Assembly (NCBI GenBank): GCA_963827685.1
Contig: CAWHBU010000006.1
Span: forward strand, 448,001 to 512,000
DNA: 64,000 nt
Source of the DNA: an uncultured delta proteobacterium
GTDB taxonomy: Bacteria; Desulfobacterota; BSN033; UBA1163
Direction: 5' to 3'
Shown here: positions 1-9,632 of the stretch, piece after piece
Layout of the letters: each line of letters begins with the position of its first letter
Numbering within the stretch: the stretch's first letter is position 1
Position numbers and translations under genes: made by a program
The notes under the pieces: model-generated
Databases searched by the model: none
What the model was told of the DNA's origin: nothing
The model's input: only the letters and a program-made list of their open reading frames with translations

Positions 1-175
1 CCTTGAGATCGACTAATAAATCGCATTTTGCCATTACTTTAGACGAATGGTCAAGAACAGATTAACTTCTTTACTGCGGCTCTGATTTAGAGGAACGATT
101 CTTTGGCCGGCTCATCCTGGTTGTTTACAAGAACCCCAGTGTTCTTCACGAAACCGGGCTTCTTTGAGTGGGAGA

Positions 176-1432
176 CTAGTAAGGCTTCCAGAAGGGTTTA
201 TGCGGCATTACCAACTCCTTCACATTGTCTGCTATCGTCTGATAGACCGCGATTCTCGGGTCCGCGCAGTCACCATAGACGTCGCAGGTGAGCGTCCCCG
301 TCAATCCCTTGAAGCCCTTGGTAGCGTAGAGAGCATCCCGGAGGGCCTGGCGACCAATATAGAGTGTACCGTCCGGCGCCTTCTTCGCCACCTTCTCAAT
401 AGCGGCAAAGATTATCATCGCCGCATCATAGGCATGGGCATGAAAAACAGAAAGTGGTTTTTCGCCGTATTTCATCTGATGCTTTTCTAAGAAGCTTCTA
501 TAACCCCCGGCAAAAGCGGAGAAGTCAGGGCTTGAGTGAAACATGCCAATTGCCGCCTCGCCTGCAGCCTTGTAAAAATCCGGAGAGAACATGCCATCCG
601 CACCCATCAGGTAAACCTTCTCCAATCCAGCTACCTCTTTCGCTTGGCGCGTGATATGGCCCCCTGCGGCGATAAAGACCGGGTAGTAGATGAACTCAGG
701 CTTGCCTGTTGCAATCTTGGTCAGCACTGGCCGCATATCTGTGTCGGTAGGACCAACAGCCTCCTGAGAAGTAATGGTTCCACCCAGTCTCTTGAACGTT
801 GCGGCAAAGACCGCCTGCAGTTGCTCGGAATACGGACTGCCGTCGTGAATGGTGGCTGCCCTTTTAACAGCCAATTTCTTGTGGGCAAACTCAGCCGCTA
901 CGGCTCCCTGTACCTTATCATTGTGTGCTGTGCGCAGATAACCGGCATATTCCGCGCCGCGTTTCGGAGACGTCAGTTCCGGTGCGGTATTCGAGGGTGA
1001 GACCGTAACAATTCCAGCTTTCCAAAGGATTGGCGCGCCGGGGCGAGCCTCGCTCGAGCAAGTCGAGCCAATCGCTGTTACGATGGTGGGGTCAGCAGCG
1101 ATTTTGGTTGCAGCCGCCTGGCCCCCTTCGGGGTTACAGCCCGTGTCTTCAACGGTCAGTTTAATGGGGAAGCCAAGCAGTTTACTGCCTCTATCTTCAA
1201 TGGCAATCTCTACACCCCGCTTGGAATCTATGCCCAACGAGGCTTCCGACCCCGCCACGGCGAGCCAGCATGCGATGTGGATGGGTTCGCCAGGCTTGAT
1301 CTTCACCACGCCAATCTTATCTTCGTATACGAAAGATGATTTCGGCTTTGCAGGCGAAGCCGCTGGCGCGGAGGTCACATCCGAACCCAGTACCATGTTG
1401 AGAACAGTAAAGAAGAGAACGAGTCGTTTCAC
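176..1432 (-). CDS. Branched-chain amino acid ABC transporter substrate-binding protein (LivK/LivJ-like)
   Basis: 418 aa ORF with signal peptide and LivK-type motifs (IGSTCSSEA, YLRTAHND.VQG, HAYDAA, GLTG). Confidence 0.9.
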   Translation of the reverse strand: MKRLVLFFTVLNMVLGSDVTSAPAASPAKPKSSFVYEDKIGVVKIKPGEPIHIACWLAVAGSEASLGIDSKRGVEIAIEDRGSKLLGFPIKLTVEDTGCNPEGGQAAATKIAADPTIVTAIGSTCSSEARPGAPILWKAGIVTVSPSNTAPELTSPKRGAEYAGYLRTAHNDKVQGAVAAEFAHKKLAVKRAATIHDGSPYSEQLQAVFAATFKRLGGTITSQEAVGPTDTDMRPVLTKIATGKPEFIYYPVFIAAGGHITRQAKEVAGLEKVYLMGADGMFSPDFYKAAGEAAIGMFHSSPDFSAFAGGYRSFLEKHQMKYGEKPLSVFHAHAYDAAMIIFAAIEKVAKKAPDGTLYIGRQALRDALYATKGFKGLTGTLTCDVYGDCADPRIAVYQTIADNVKELVMPHKPFWKPY

Positions 1433-1659
1433 AGTTACCTCCCTTCTGGCAACTTCTTTCAGGCAACCTCTTTCAAGTTGCCCCCTTTTCTTAAGAAATT
1501 ATAATATTGAAAACTAAACTCTTGTCAATCATTTTTATCAAATCATTTCCCTCCACAGAATCTATTCTTCCCAAAATTGAGCAGGCTCCTACTACGAGAA
1601 AGCCCATCTCCGAGCGAATACGTCTTGAATCCCTTATGTATTCCAAATCTAAAAATAAT

Positions 1660-1687
1660 TTGACAACGATCAGGAGTTGTATATAAT
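1660..1687 (+). promoter_or_regulatory. sigma70-type promoter
   Basis: TTGACA (1660-1665), 16 bp spacer, TATAAT (1682-1687). Confidence 0.7.
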
Positions 1688-1776
1688 GCTCAGCAAGAGG
1701 GGATATTGGAGTAGGGGCCATTAATCCTTTAACGGTGGGGAAAGGCAATGATAAGCCCTGATCATCCAACAAAATT

Positions 1777-1843
1777 GGGCTCTCATAGCTCCAACCTGCC
1801 TGCGGTAAGCAGGAAAGGTATGGGCTATGAGGGCTTTTTTATT
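1777..1843 (+). terminator. Intrinsic terminator in the 5' leader of the PAS kinase gene
   Basis: GCTCTCATAGCTC pairs with GGGCTATGAGGGC (with G-U pairs), followed by TTTTTTATT. Confidence 0.7.
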
Positions 1844-1905
1844 ACCCACAAAATTAGGAGATGGGTAATACTCCGGACTCCGAACTAATCTGTGAGGGTG
1901 CCAGG

Positions 1906-4900
1906 ATGAAAGATCAATACAAGACGAAAAAGCAACTCATTGAGGAATTGGAGGTTTTACGCAATCAGCTCGTTAAACTTAAAAAGGCAAAAACTAACCG
2001 TAAGCGGTCAGAAGAAACACTGCGGGAGAGCGAAGAAACCTTTAAGGCTCTCGCCGAGAACGCTAATGATGGCATCTTGATAACCGTGGGCGAGGGAATC
2101 CAGGCCTACGCCAACAGGCGGGCCGGTGAAATAACTGGTTACAGCGTGGCCGAATTGCTAAAAAGCAGTATTAAGGACTTGGTGCACCCCGATGAGTTAG
2201 AGAAGATAATGGGAAAATACAGAAAAAGACTCGCGGGGGAGCCTGCCCCGCCCCAGTATGAGACCATCATCATCCGCAAAGACGGGAAGAGCTTACCCAT
2301 AGAGTTAACCGCCGCCAAAACAGTCTGGCAGGGGCGACCCGCCGATTTGGTCATTATCCGAGACATCACCGAGCGCAAGCAGGCGGAGAATGAACTGAGG
2401 GAATTCAAAGCAATTTCTGATAACGCAGGCTATGGTGTTTCGATAATTGACCTTGAAGGTAATGTCATTTATAACAACGCGGCTTATGATAGGATGCATG
2501 GATATACACCAGGTGAACTAATTGGTAAACACCTTTCTGCTTTTCACACTGAAAAGCAAATGGCGAATGTGAATAGACTAATAGAACAAGCTTAACCGAG
2601 AAGGTAACTACGTTGCGGAAGAGGTTTGGCATAAAAGGAAAGACAACTCTGAGTTTCCTACTTTGATGACTGGTACGCTTATAAAGGGTGCAAACGGAAC
2701 CCCTCTATTCATGGCTGGCACAGCTATAGACATCACCGACCGCAAGCGTGCAGAGGATGATTTGAAAATAAGGGAAGATTTCCTTCAAAAAGTAATCGAA
2801 CAAACACCCAATGCAATCTGGATATCAGATGAGCACGGAACCGTGATAAGAATGAACCAAGCGCTTAGAGATCTTTTGGAAATAACTGACGAGGAAATCA
2901 TAGGGAAATATAATGTATTAAGAGATGTCCAAGTTATAAAGCAAGGCTTTCTTCCTTTAGTAAAGAGCGTATTTGAAGAAGGCATGACCGTCAATTTTGT
3001 GATTGATTATTACACTGAAAAAGAGAAGCAAGTTGAATTAGCACACAGAACACATAAAGTACTTCAAATAGTTCTTTCTGCAATCAAAAATAAAGATGGC
3101 AAGATAGTTAATGCTATTTGTCAATATAGGGACATCACCGACCGCAAGCGGGCAGAGGAAGAATTGCGGGAGAGCGAGGAGAAATACCGGACGCTCTTTG
3201 AAGAGTCCTTCGACGGCCTCTTTATCACATCCCCCAGAGGAAAAATCCTCGACATGAACAAGAAGGGCATCATGATGTTCGGTTATGACACAAAAGATGA
3301 AATCTTGAGTCTTGATCTGGAGCGGGATGTCTACGCGTATCCACCGGATAGAAAGCGGATACTTGCAATGGTCAATGCACAGGGTACCGCCGAATATGAG
3401 GTCGTCGTCAAGAAAAAGAACGGTGAAGAGATGCTTACCTACTGCTCTTTAACCGCGGTGAAAGACGAACAGGGCGCCATCACCACATACCGGGGCATCA
3501 TCCGCGACATCACCGAGCGCAAGCGAGCGGAGGAGGCGCTGAAGGAATCTGAGAGCAGGTTCCGAAATATCATTGAGAACAGCAAAGATGGCATCATCTT
3601 TTTCGACGGAAAAACCCAAAAGATCCTCTTCGGAAACGGCGCCATGGCTGAGTTGCTGGGATGTTCCAATGAGGACTTGGTTGGCCGGTCCATTCAATCC
3701 CTACATCCCTCAGAAGAATGGGCAAGTATTAAACAGGAATTCCAGAAACATGTGAGTGGTGAGCTTTCGCTTTCTAGTGGGATTCCCGTCTTGCGTAATG
3801 ACGGCTCTGTCTTCTACGCGGACATCAGTTCGAGTCTCATAACGCTTTATGGGAGAACCTACTTCTCTGCCTTCTTTCGCGACATCACCGAGCGCAAGAA
3901 AGCGGAGGAAGCGCTGCGGGAAAGCGAGGAGAAATATCGTGACTTGGTGGAAAATATAAACGACATCCTCTATGCTACCGACGAAAAGGGCATAGTAACC
4001 TATATCGCCCCTACTATAGAATCTCTCAGCGGATACGCTCCCTCCGAAATCATCGGCCGTCCCTTCTATGACTTCGTCTATCAGGAAGACGTGCCATTTG
4101 TGCTGGAGAAGTTTCAGCAAGATGTTTCGGGCCATACCGAGCCACATGAGTACCGGATGGTGACAAAATCAGGCGTTGTCCGCTGGGCGCGCACGTTCAG
4201 CCGGCCCTTCTTTAGAGAAACTCGTGCTGTTGGTTTGCGTGGTGTCATGACCGACGTCACCGACCGCAAGCGGGCAGAGGAGGAAAGTGAAGCCCTTCGA
4301 GAACAACTTCGCCAGTCTCAGAAAATGGAAGCCATTGGCCGATTGGCGGGCGGCATTGCGCATGATTTCAACAATCTTCTTACGATCATTAAAGGGTACA
4401 GCCAACTCTCCCTTATCGAACTCAAAGAAGATACTCCCTTGAAGGGAAACATTGAGCATATTCACACTGCCACAGATAGAGCAGCAGACCTTGTTCGACA
4501 ACTTCTGGCCTTCAGCCGCCGTCAAATCCTGGAGATGAGGGTGTTAGACCTCAACACCACTTTGGCAAACCTCCACAATATGCTTCGCCGGCTCATTGGT
4601 GAGGACATTGAGTTGACCATGGTATTGGCAGAAGATTTGGGAAGGGTGAAAACCGATCTCGGGTGGATCGAGCAAGCCATCATGAACCTTGTCGTGAATG
4701 CCAAGGATGCGATGCCCAAAGGAGGGAAACTTATTATTGAGACGGCCAATGTGGAGTTGGACGAGGCATATGCGCGCGCTCATGTCGCAGTGACGTCCGG
4801 TCGTTATGTCATGATTGCGGTAAGTGATACAGGGGCGGGGATGACTCCGGAGGTCAGGGAGCGACTGTTTGAGCCCTTTTTTTCAACTAAAGAGAAGGAC

Positions 4901-5443
4901 AAAGGGACGGGACTGGGCTTGTCTACAGTCTATGGAATTGTAAAACAGAGCGGTGGCGACATCTGGGTCTATAGTGAACCAGGTAAGGGATCGACCTTTA
5001 AGATCTACCTCCCGAGGGTGTATGAGCCCCTGGAGCAGCCGAGAGAGAAAGTCTTGGGCGATGAGCTTCTTCGGGGAAGCGAGACGATTCTGCTGGTGGA
5101 GGATGAAGAGGACGTACGGAAATTGGCCCTTCGTGTCCTGGAGAGACAGGGATACAAAGTTTTGGCGGCCCGCGACGGAGATGAAGCCTTACTTGTCTGC
5201 GAGCGGCATAAGGACCCAATCCATCTGATGTTGACCGACGTCGTGATGCCGGGGATGAGCGGTCATGAGGTGGCCAAACGTTTGGAACCCTCCCACCCCG
5301 AAACGAAGGTGCTCTATATGTCGGGCTATACGGACAATGCGATTGTCCTGCACGGTGTTTTGGTGCAAGGAGTAAATTACATCCAGAAGCCTTTTACAGT
5401 GGATGCCCTGACAAAAAAAGTTAGGGAGGTGCTGGAGCAATAA
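1906..5443 (+). pseudogene. Multi-PAS/PAC hybrid sensor histidine kinase-response regulator, split by a 1-nt frameshift near 2590
   Basis: ORFs 1906..2595 and 2663..5443. The PAS domain continues in the +1 frame from 2591 (LNREGNYVAEEVWHKRKDNSEFPTLMT). H-box AHDFNNLL, G boxes (GTGLGLS) and a C-terminal receiver (TDVVMP) are present. Confidence 0.85.
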
Positions 5444-5465
5444 CCAGAGAATGAGAAGTAAAGAA

Positions 5466-5977
5466 CCCCGCAGCAGAGCTGCGGGGCATTAAAATTCAAA
5501 ACTTAATTGCTCCTGTTGCTGATACTTTATATAGCGACGTATGACTTCAGAGGTAACTTTGTCTCCAACAGACCGAACAAAATACCCATCACTCCAAAAC
5601 TCTCCACCCCAAAGCTCTTTCTTCACCTCTGGAAACTGCTTGAACACCATTTTCGCCGAGATACTCTTTATGATCTGCACAATCTCTGCCGGACAATACC
5701 GAGGAGGGGCAGACAAAAATAAATGAACATGATCATCCTTTACCTCCATCGTATCTATCTCAAACTCGTACCTCTCCGATATTTGCTCAAAACTCATCTT
5801 AAGCCTTTTTGCCAACTCACCTCCCAATATCATCTTCCGATATTTGGGAACCCATACCATATGATATTTCAAATCGTAGACCGCATGGCTTGTTCTTTTT
5901 ATCGAGCTCATGCAGTACTTATACCATGTCTTATCGCTTCGCGAACCTGTTTTCATCCGCCCAGCAGAGCTGGGCGG
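5466..5977 (-). mobile_element. IS200-like element (tnpA only) bounded by palindromes
   Basis: Hairpins CCCCGCAGC-AGA-GCTGCGGGG (5466-5486) and CCGCCCAGC-AGA-GCTGGGCGG (5957-5977) flank tnpA. Confidence 0.8.
5489..5911 (-). CDS. tnpA: IS200/IS605 family Y1 transposase
   Basis: YHMVWVPKYRK, HUH motif DHVHL, FWSDGYF, catalytic IRRYI; probable start ATG at 5911. Confidence 0.93.
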   Translation of the reverse strand: MSSIKRTSHAVYDLKYHMVWVPKYRKMILGGELAKRLKMSFEQISERYEFEIDTMEVKDDHVHLFLSAPPRYCPAEIVQIIKSISAKMVFKQFPEVKKELWGGEFWSDGYFVRSVGDKVTSEVIRRYIKYQQQEQLSFEF

Positions 5978-6015
5978 TATTCAACAGGTATTTTTTATAA
6001 ATTGAGGGGCCAAAA

Positions 6016-6115
6016 CTCTAATGGTTATCCATAAGGATGCTCGTTCAATTTATGGACATGACGGCGTCTTTAAGTCGCGAGTGGTCAGGGAGTTGGCTTG
6101 ATGAGCTTGTTAGGC
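6016..6115 (-). other. Degenerate attC-like site after the PIN gene
   Basis: GCCTAAC (6109-6115, minus strand) just after the stop mirrors GTTAGGC (6627-6633) before the gene; the distal end CCTTAT...ATTAGAG is degenerate. Confidence 0.5.
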
Positions 6116-6125
6116 CATCCGTACA

Positions 6126-6608
6126 TTACGGCGCCTGCTCCTTGAGACAATTCCACACGTTAAGGCCTTCCTTACGCGCAGCCTCCGCCAGCCCCAAATC
6201 TGCCGTCACCAGGATTGGCTGGGCTTCTGGAAACCTGGAAAAGAGGTCCTTTTTAATGGTGACGATTTGGTAAGCATCGACGATGTCGAGACCGTAAAGC
6301 TTCGCCGTTTTTTCGACTTCCCAAAATATCTCACTTTCCGAGATATCTACGTCCGCGAGTTCTATACGATCGCCGATGTGGCTCTTTAATATGTCGCCTG
6401 CCTTGAAATATGTCTCTTGATCGATTTCTTTGTGTGAATATTTTGACTTCAGTGCACCAAGAGCCTCCGCAAAGGAGAGTGATATGGCATAGAACGTCGA
6501 TGTATGTTCCACCGCCATATACTTTTCGATCGCCTCGCCACCGCTCTCTTTTACTGCGAGCCTAATTAACGCCGAAGCATCTAAGTAATGCACACGATGA
6601 GAATCCAT
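6126..6608 (-). CDS. PIN-domain (VapC-like) protein
   Basis: YLDASALI, AEAL, DIVDAYQI, LVTADLGL..AA..EGL; RBS GAGGAG before ATG 6608. Confidence 0.8.
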   Translation of the reverse strand: MDSHRVHYLDASALIRLAVKESGGEAIEKYMAVEHTSTFYAISLSFAEALGALKSKYSHKEIDQETYFKAGDILKSHIGDRIELADVDISESEIFWEVEKTAKLYGLDIVDAYQIVTIKKDLFSRFPEAQPILVTADLGLAEAARKEGLNVWNCLKEQAP

Positions 6609-6704
6609 ATACTTCTCCTCAAATAGGCCTAACATCCTGTTTCATGTTGATGCTATATTTTCACTAACGACCAAACCTTCAATTGTGAACGACTTATTAA
6701 AGTA

Positions 6705-6857
6705 GTCATTGCGAGGAGTCCCGCCTTGGCGGGATGACGTGCCTGCGCGCTGAAGCGCTACGCCTGCCTGCGCGAAGCCGCTTCGGCGAAGGCAGGGCGC
6801 GCAAGCGCGGCAATCTCATGGGATTGCTTCATCCCGCAGGGCGGGATTCGCAATGAC
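6705..6857. repeat. REP/MITE-like palindrome (GTCATTGCGAG...CGCAATGAC) containing nested smaller palindromes
   Basis: Terminal inverted repeat GTCATTGCG/CGCAATGAC; inner inserts at 6742-6809 and 6763-6796. Confidence 0.75.
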
Positions 6858-7293
6858 ACCACATGACGGCAACTTATCTATCATGTTCACTATGGCAATG
6901 TTATACCACATCCTCATCATCAATGAACAATACTATCCGGCTTGAATGAATGAACAGGCTTTTGAATTGCCACTTACGGTTTGAAATATACACCCTTTTG
7001 GGAGTTTTTGGAAGTGAAGATTTCATCAAGGAAGAGAGGGTTACGAAAAGGGATGATCGGTCCCACCGGCAAAGCTGGAATATTGTTGTGCTGAGGATTC
7101 TAAGGCTTATGGGATCTGAATGTCCATCCGCACCCTTCCCTCCCGCTTCGGAGGGAGAGGGAAGGGTGCGGAGCTACGAATCATTTCCCCCGCACCACCT
7201 AAAGCCTCGTTCTCCAGAACATGGATCTAACGGTGCATTAAAATATCTACCTCAAGGAAAGGTTCTTGCCTAAACACGGGGTGCGGGGTTTAA

Positions 7294-7629
7294 TTACGAA
7301 GTGAAAGAGGGTCCCCCGATTTTCCCTTCCAACTCCTTCACCTTTGCCTCAAGCTGAAAAACCTTCTCTTCGGTGACTCTCTTATAACTTTCCATATCGA
7401 CATCTTTAGAGGCTAATTGTCTATTTTTATGTTCAACTTCCTCCTTTAACCGATTCATTTCGGCTTCCTTCGCATTCGATTCCCTTTTCAACTTTGCCAT
7501 CTGTTGCTTCAGCAGGGCCACCTCATTCTTCTTTGGTTTTCTCACCACCTTGGCTTTGGCCACCTTCTTTGCCTTCGCTTTGACCACCCTTTTTGCCTTG
7601 GCTTTGACCTTCTTAATCTTTTTAGCCAT
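7294..7629 (-). CDS. Small Lys/Ala-rich coiled-coil hypothetical protein
   Basis: RBS GGGGAG before ATG 7629; MAKKIKKVKAKAKRVVKAKAKK N-terminus followed by heptad-rich helix. Confidence 0.7.
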   Translation of the reverse strand: MAKKIKKVKAKAKRVVKAKAKKVAKAKVVRKPKKNEVALLKQQMAKLKRESNAKEAEMNRLKEEVEHKNRQLASKDVDMESYKRVTEEKVFQLEAKVKELEGKIGGPSFTS

Positions 7630-7654
7630 AACTTCTCCCCCTTTCTTAGATTCT

Positions 7655-7720
7655 AGATTTGCGATTTCAGACTTAAGGTCCAATTCCGCATTCTGCGATC
7701 CGCAATCCGCAATCCGCAAT
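7655..7720. repeat. Inverted heptamer-repeat element (ATCCGCA type)
   Basis: ttccgcattctgcgatccgcaatccgcaatccgcaat abutting the thiC stop. Confidence 0.75.
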
Positions 7721-9006
7721 TAAGCTTTGTTAAAAAAGTCCTTCACCCTTTTGATGGCGCAAAACTCGCCGCACATCGTACAGACGTCTTTTTCTCCAGA
7801 TTTGCCTTCCTCATGATAGCGCTTTGCCTTCTCGGGGTCAAGTGAAAGTTCTATCTGTTTCTCCCAGTCAAAAGCCATTCGAGCCTTTGACATCTCGATA
7901 TCCCTCTGAAGGGCTATCTTATTTCCTCGTGCGATATCCGCAGCATGACCCGCAATCCTCGTAGCAATCACCCCTTCCCGGACATCCTCGATAGAGGGCA
8001 ACTTGAGATGCTCCGAAGGGGTCACATAACATAAGAAATCCGCTCCTGCTTTGCCCGCAATGGCGCCACCGATGGCACAGGTGATGTGATCATATCCTGG
8101 AGAGACATCTGTCACCAATGGTCCGAGTACATAAAAAGGAGCTCCCTTGCACAACCTCTTTTCCAAAAGAACATTGGCTTCAATCTGATCAAGCGGGACA
8201 TGGCCGGGTCCTTCGATCATTACCTGAACTCCCTCTGCCCATGCCCTTTCTGTCAATTCTCCGAGAACAATCGTCTCCTCCACTTGAGGCCGATCTGTGG
8301 CATCTGCCAGGCAGCCTGGCCTCAACCCATCTCCTAAGCTCAACGTCACATCATGCCTTTTTGCAATTTCTAAGAGTCGGTCATAATGTTCGTAGAGCGG
8401 ATTTTCTTGACCATTGTAAATCATCCATTCAATGAGAAAAGATCCACCCCGGCTGACCACTCCCAAAAGCCGACGAGTCCTCCTCAGCCTCTCCACAGTA
8501 CTCCGGGTCACACCGCAATGGACCGTGATAAAGTCAACGCCTTCTTCTGCCTGACGCTCAATGACTTCGAAGAGATCTTCAACCCTCATTTTAGCAAGTG
8601 CTTTCCTCTTCTTGACCGCTTCGATAGCTGCTTCGTAAATAGGAACAGTCCCCACAGGGATAGGAGATTGACGAATGATCTCTTTACGGATGACATCGAT
8701 ATCTCCGCCTGTGCTCAGGTCCATCACTGTATCGGTCCCGGCTTGAATGGAAACTTCAAGCTTTTCCAGCTCCTCTTCTAAATCGACGTGGTCAGAAGAA
8801 GTTCCGAGGTTCGTATTCACCTTGATCCGGAGCCCTTCTCCAATCCCCACAGGCTTAACGCCACGATGATGTCGGCTGACCGGGATCACGACCCGACCCG
8901 AAACAATCTTTTCTCGGAGCCATTCTGGAGAGACCCCTTCTTCTCTTGCAACCCTCTTCATTTCTTTTGTAACGATACCCTTTTGGGCTTTTATTCTTTG
9001 GGTCAT
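7720..9006 (-). CDS. thiC: Phosphomethylpyrimidine synthase
   Basis: KVNTNLGTS, DTVMDLSTGG, SLGDGLRPG, EGPGHVP, CTMCGEFC. Confidence 0.97.
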   Translation of the reverse strand: MTQRIKAQKGIVTKEMKRVAREEGVSPEWLREKIVSGRVVIPVSRHHRGVKPVGIGEGLRIKVNTNLGTSSDHVDLEEELEKLEVSIQAGTDTVMDLSTGGDIDVIRKEIIRQSPIPVGTVPIYEAAIEAVKKRKALAKMRVEDLFEVIERQAEEGVDFITVHCGVTRSTVERLRRTRRLLGVVSRGGSFLIEWMIYNGQENPLYEHYDRLLEIAKRHDVTLSLGDGLRPGCLADATDRPQVEETIVLGELTERAWAEGVQVMIEGPGHVPLDQIEANVLLEKRLCKGAPFYVLGPLVTDVSPGYDHITCAIGGAIAGKAGADFLCYVTPSEHLKLPSIEDVREGVIATRIAGHAADIARGNKIALQRDIEMSKARMAFDWEKQIELSLDPEKAKRYHEEGKSGEKDVCTMCGEFCAIKRVKDFFNKA

Positions 9007-9028
9007 GCGATCACCTTCTTTTAATGTA

Positions 9029-9100
9029 TGCAGAAGGCAGTAAGCAGAAGGCAGAAGAAGATAAAAAATGAGGTCTGCTCTCTGCCGGCCTCCTGCTACT
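9029..9100. repeat. Inverted heptamer-repeat hairpin (GCAGAAG/CTCTGC type) downstream of the four-helix-bundle gene
   Basis: gcagaaggcagtaagcagaaggcagaag ... tctgctctctgccggcctcctgctact. Confidence 0.8.
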
Positions 9101-9468
9101 TATGGAGTTTTGAACTTCTCCGGGGTAGCAATCATGGCACCCAGCATTTTCCCTACGTCTTCATATCCACATAACAGTCCATCATATCGTTCTCGAGACA
9201 GATAACCGCAGTCTTGGGCAAAATCAAGCCAAACTTGTGTTTCAGTTCCCTCGCTGTCAGCATCAGCCATTTTGCTTATGAACATATTTGGATATCTTCG
9301 TTTACGATACCCCTCTGCTATATTCGTGGCCACACTTCGTGAAGAACGGCGGATCTGGTCCGTCAAAGAGTAACGTTCTTCCATGGGGAACGACTTGGTT
9401 TCGTTGAAAATCTCCATTGCTAACTTGTAAGCCAACTGATAAACTTTCAAATCTCTATGCCCACGCAC
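9100..9468 (-). CDS. Four helix bundle protein (23S rRNA IVP / TIGR02436-like)
   Basis: HRDLKVYQ, FPMEERYSLTDQIRRSSRSV..NIAEG, ETQVWLDFA.DCGY. Confidence 0.92.
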   Translation of the reverse strand: MRGHRDLKVYQLAYKLAMEIFNETKSFPMEERYSLTDQIRRSSRSVATNIAEGYRKRRYPNMFISKMADADSEGTETQVWLDFAQDCGYLSRERYDGLLCGYEDVGKMLGAMIATPEKFKTP

Positions 9469-9489
9469 CTTCTCCCCCTCCTTTCTCAG

Positions 9490-9632
9490 AAAGCAGTAAA
9501 CACTATGCAGTGCGCAGTAAATTCAATCCCATTTACTTCGTTGTCCATACAGCTTTATGTCTTCTTTTTTTCTGTAAGCTTTCTGCATTCTATCTTTTTG
9601 TTCCCTGCTTACTGCCTACTGTCTACTGCCTT
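9490..9632. repeat. Inverted heptamer-repeat hairpin upstream of the four-helix-bundle gene; supplies the thiDN stop
   Basis: aagcagtaaacactatgcagtgcgcagtaa ... ctgcttactgcctactgtctactgcc. Confidence 0.75.

Noticed and set aside
2361-4280. Recurrent GACATCACCGA(G/C)CGCAAG direct repeats resembling a CRISPR array
   Set aside because: They are in-frame PAC-motif codons (DITERK) of tandem PAS domains, spaced hundreds of bases apart; no cas genes
7630-7719. N-terminal extension MRIADCGSQNAE of the 141-aa ORF
   Set aside because: Translation of the heptamer repeat; the RBS supports ATG 7629
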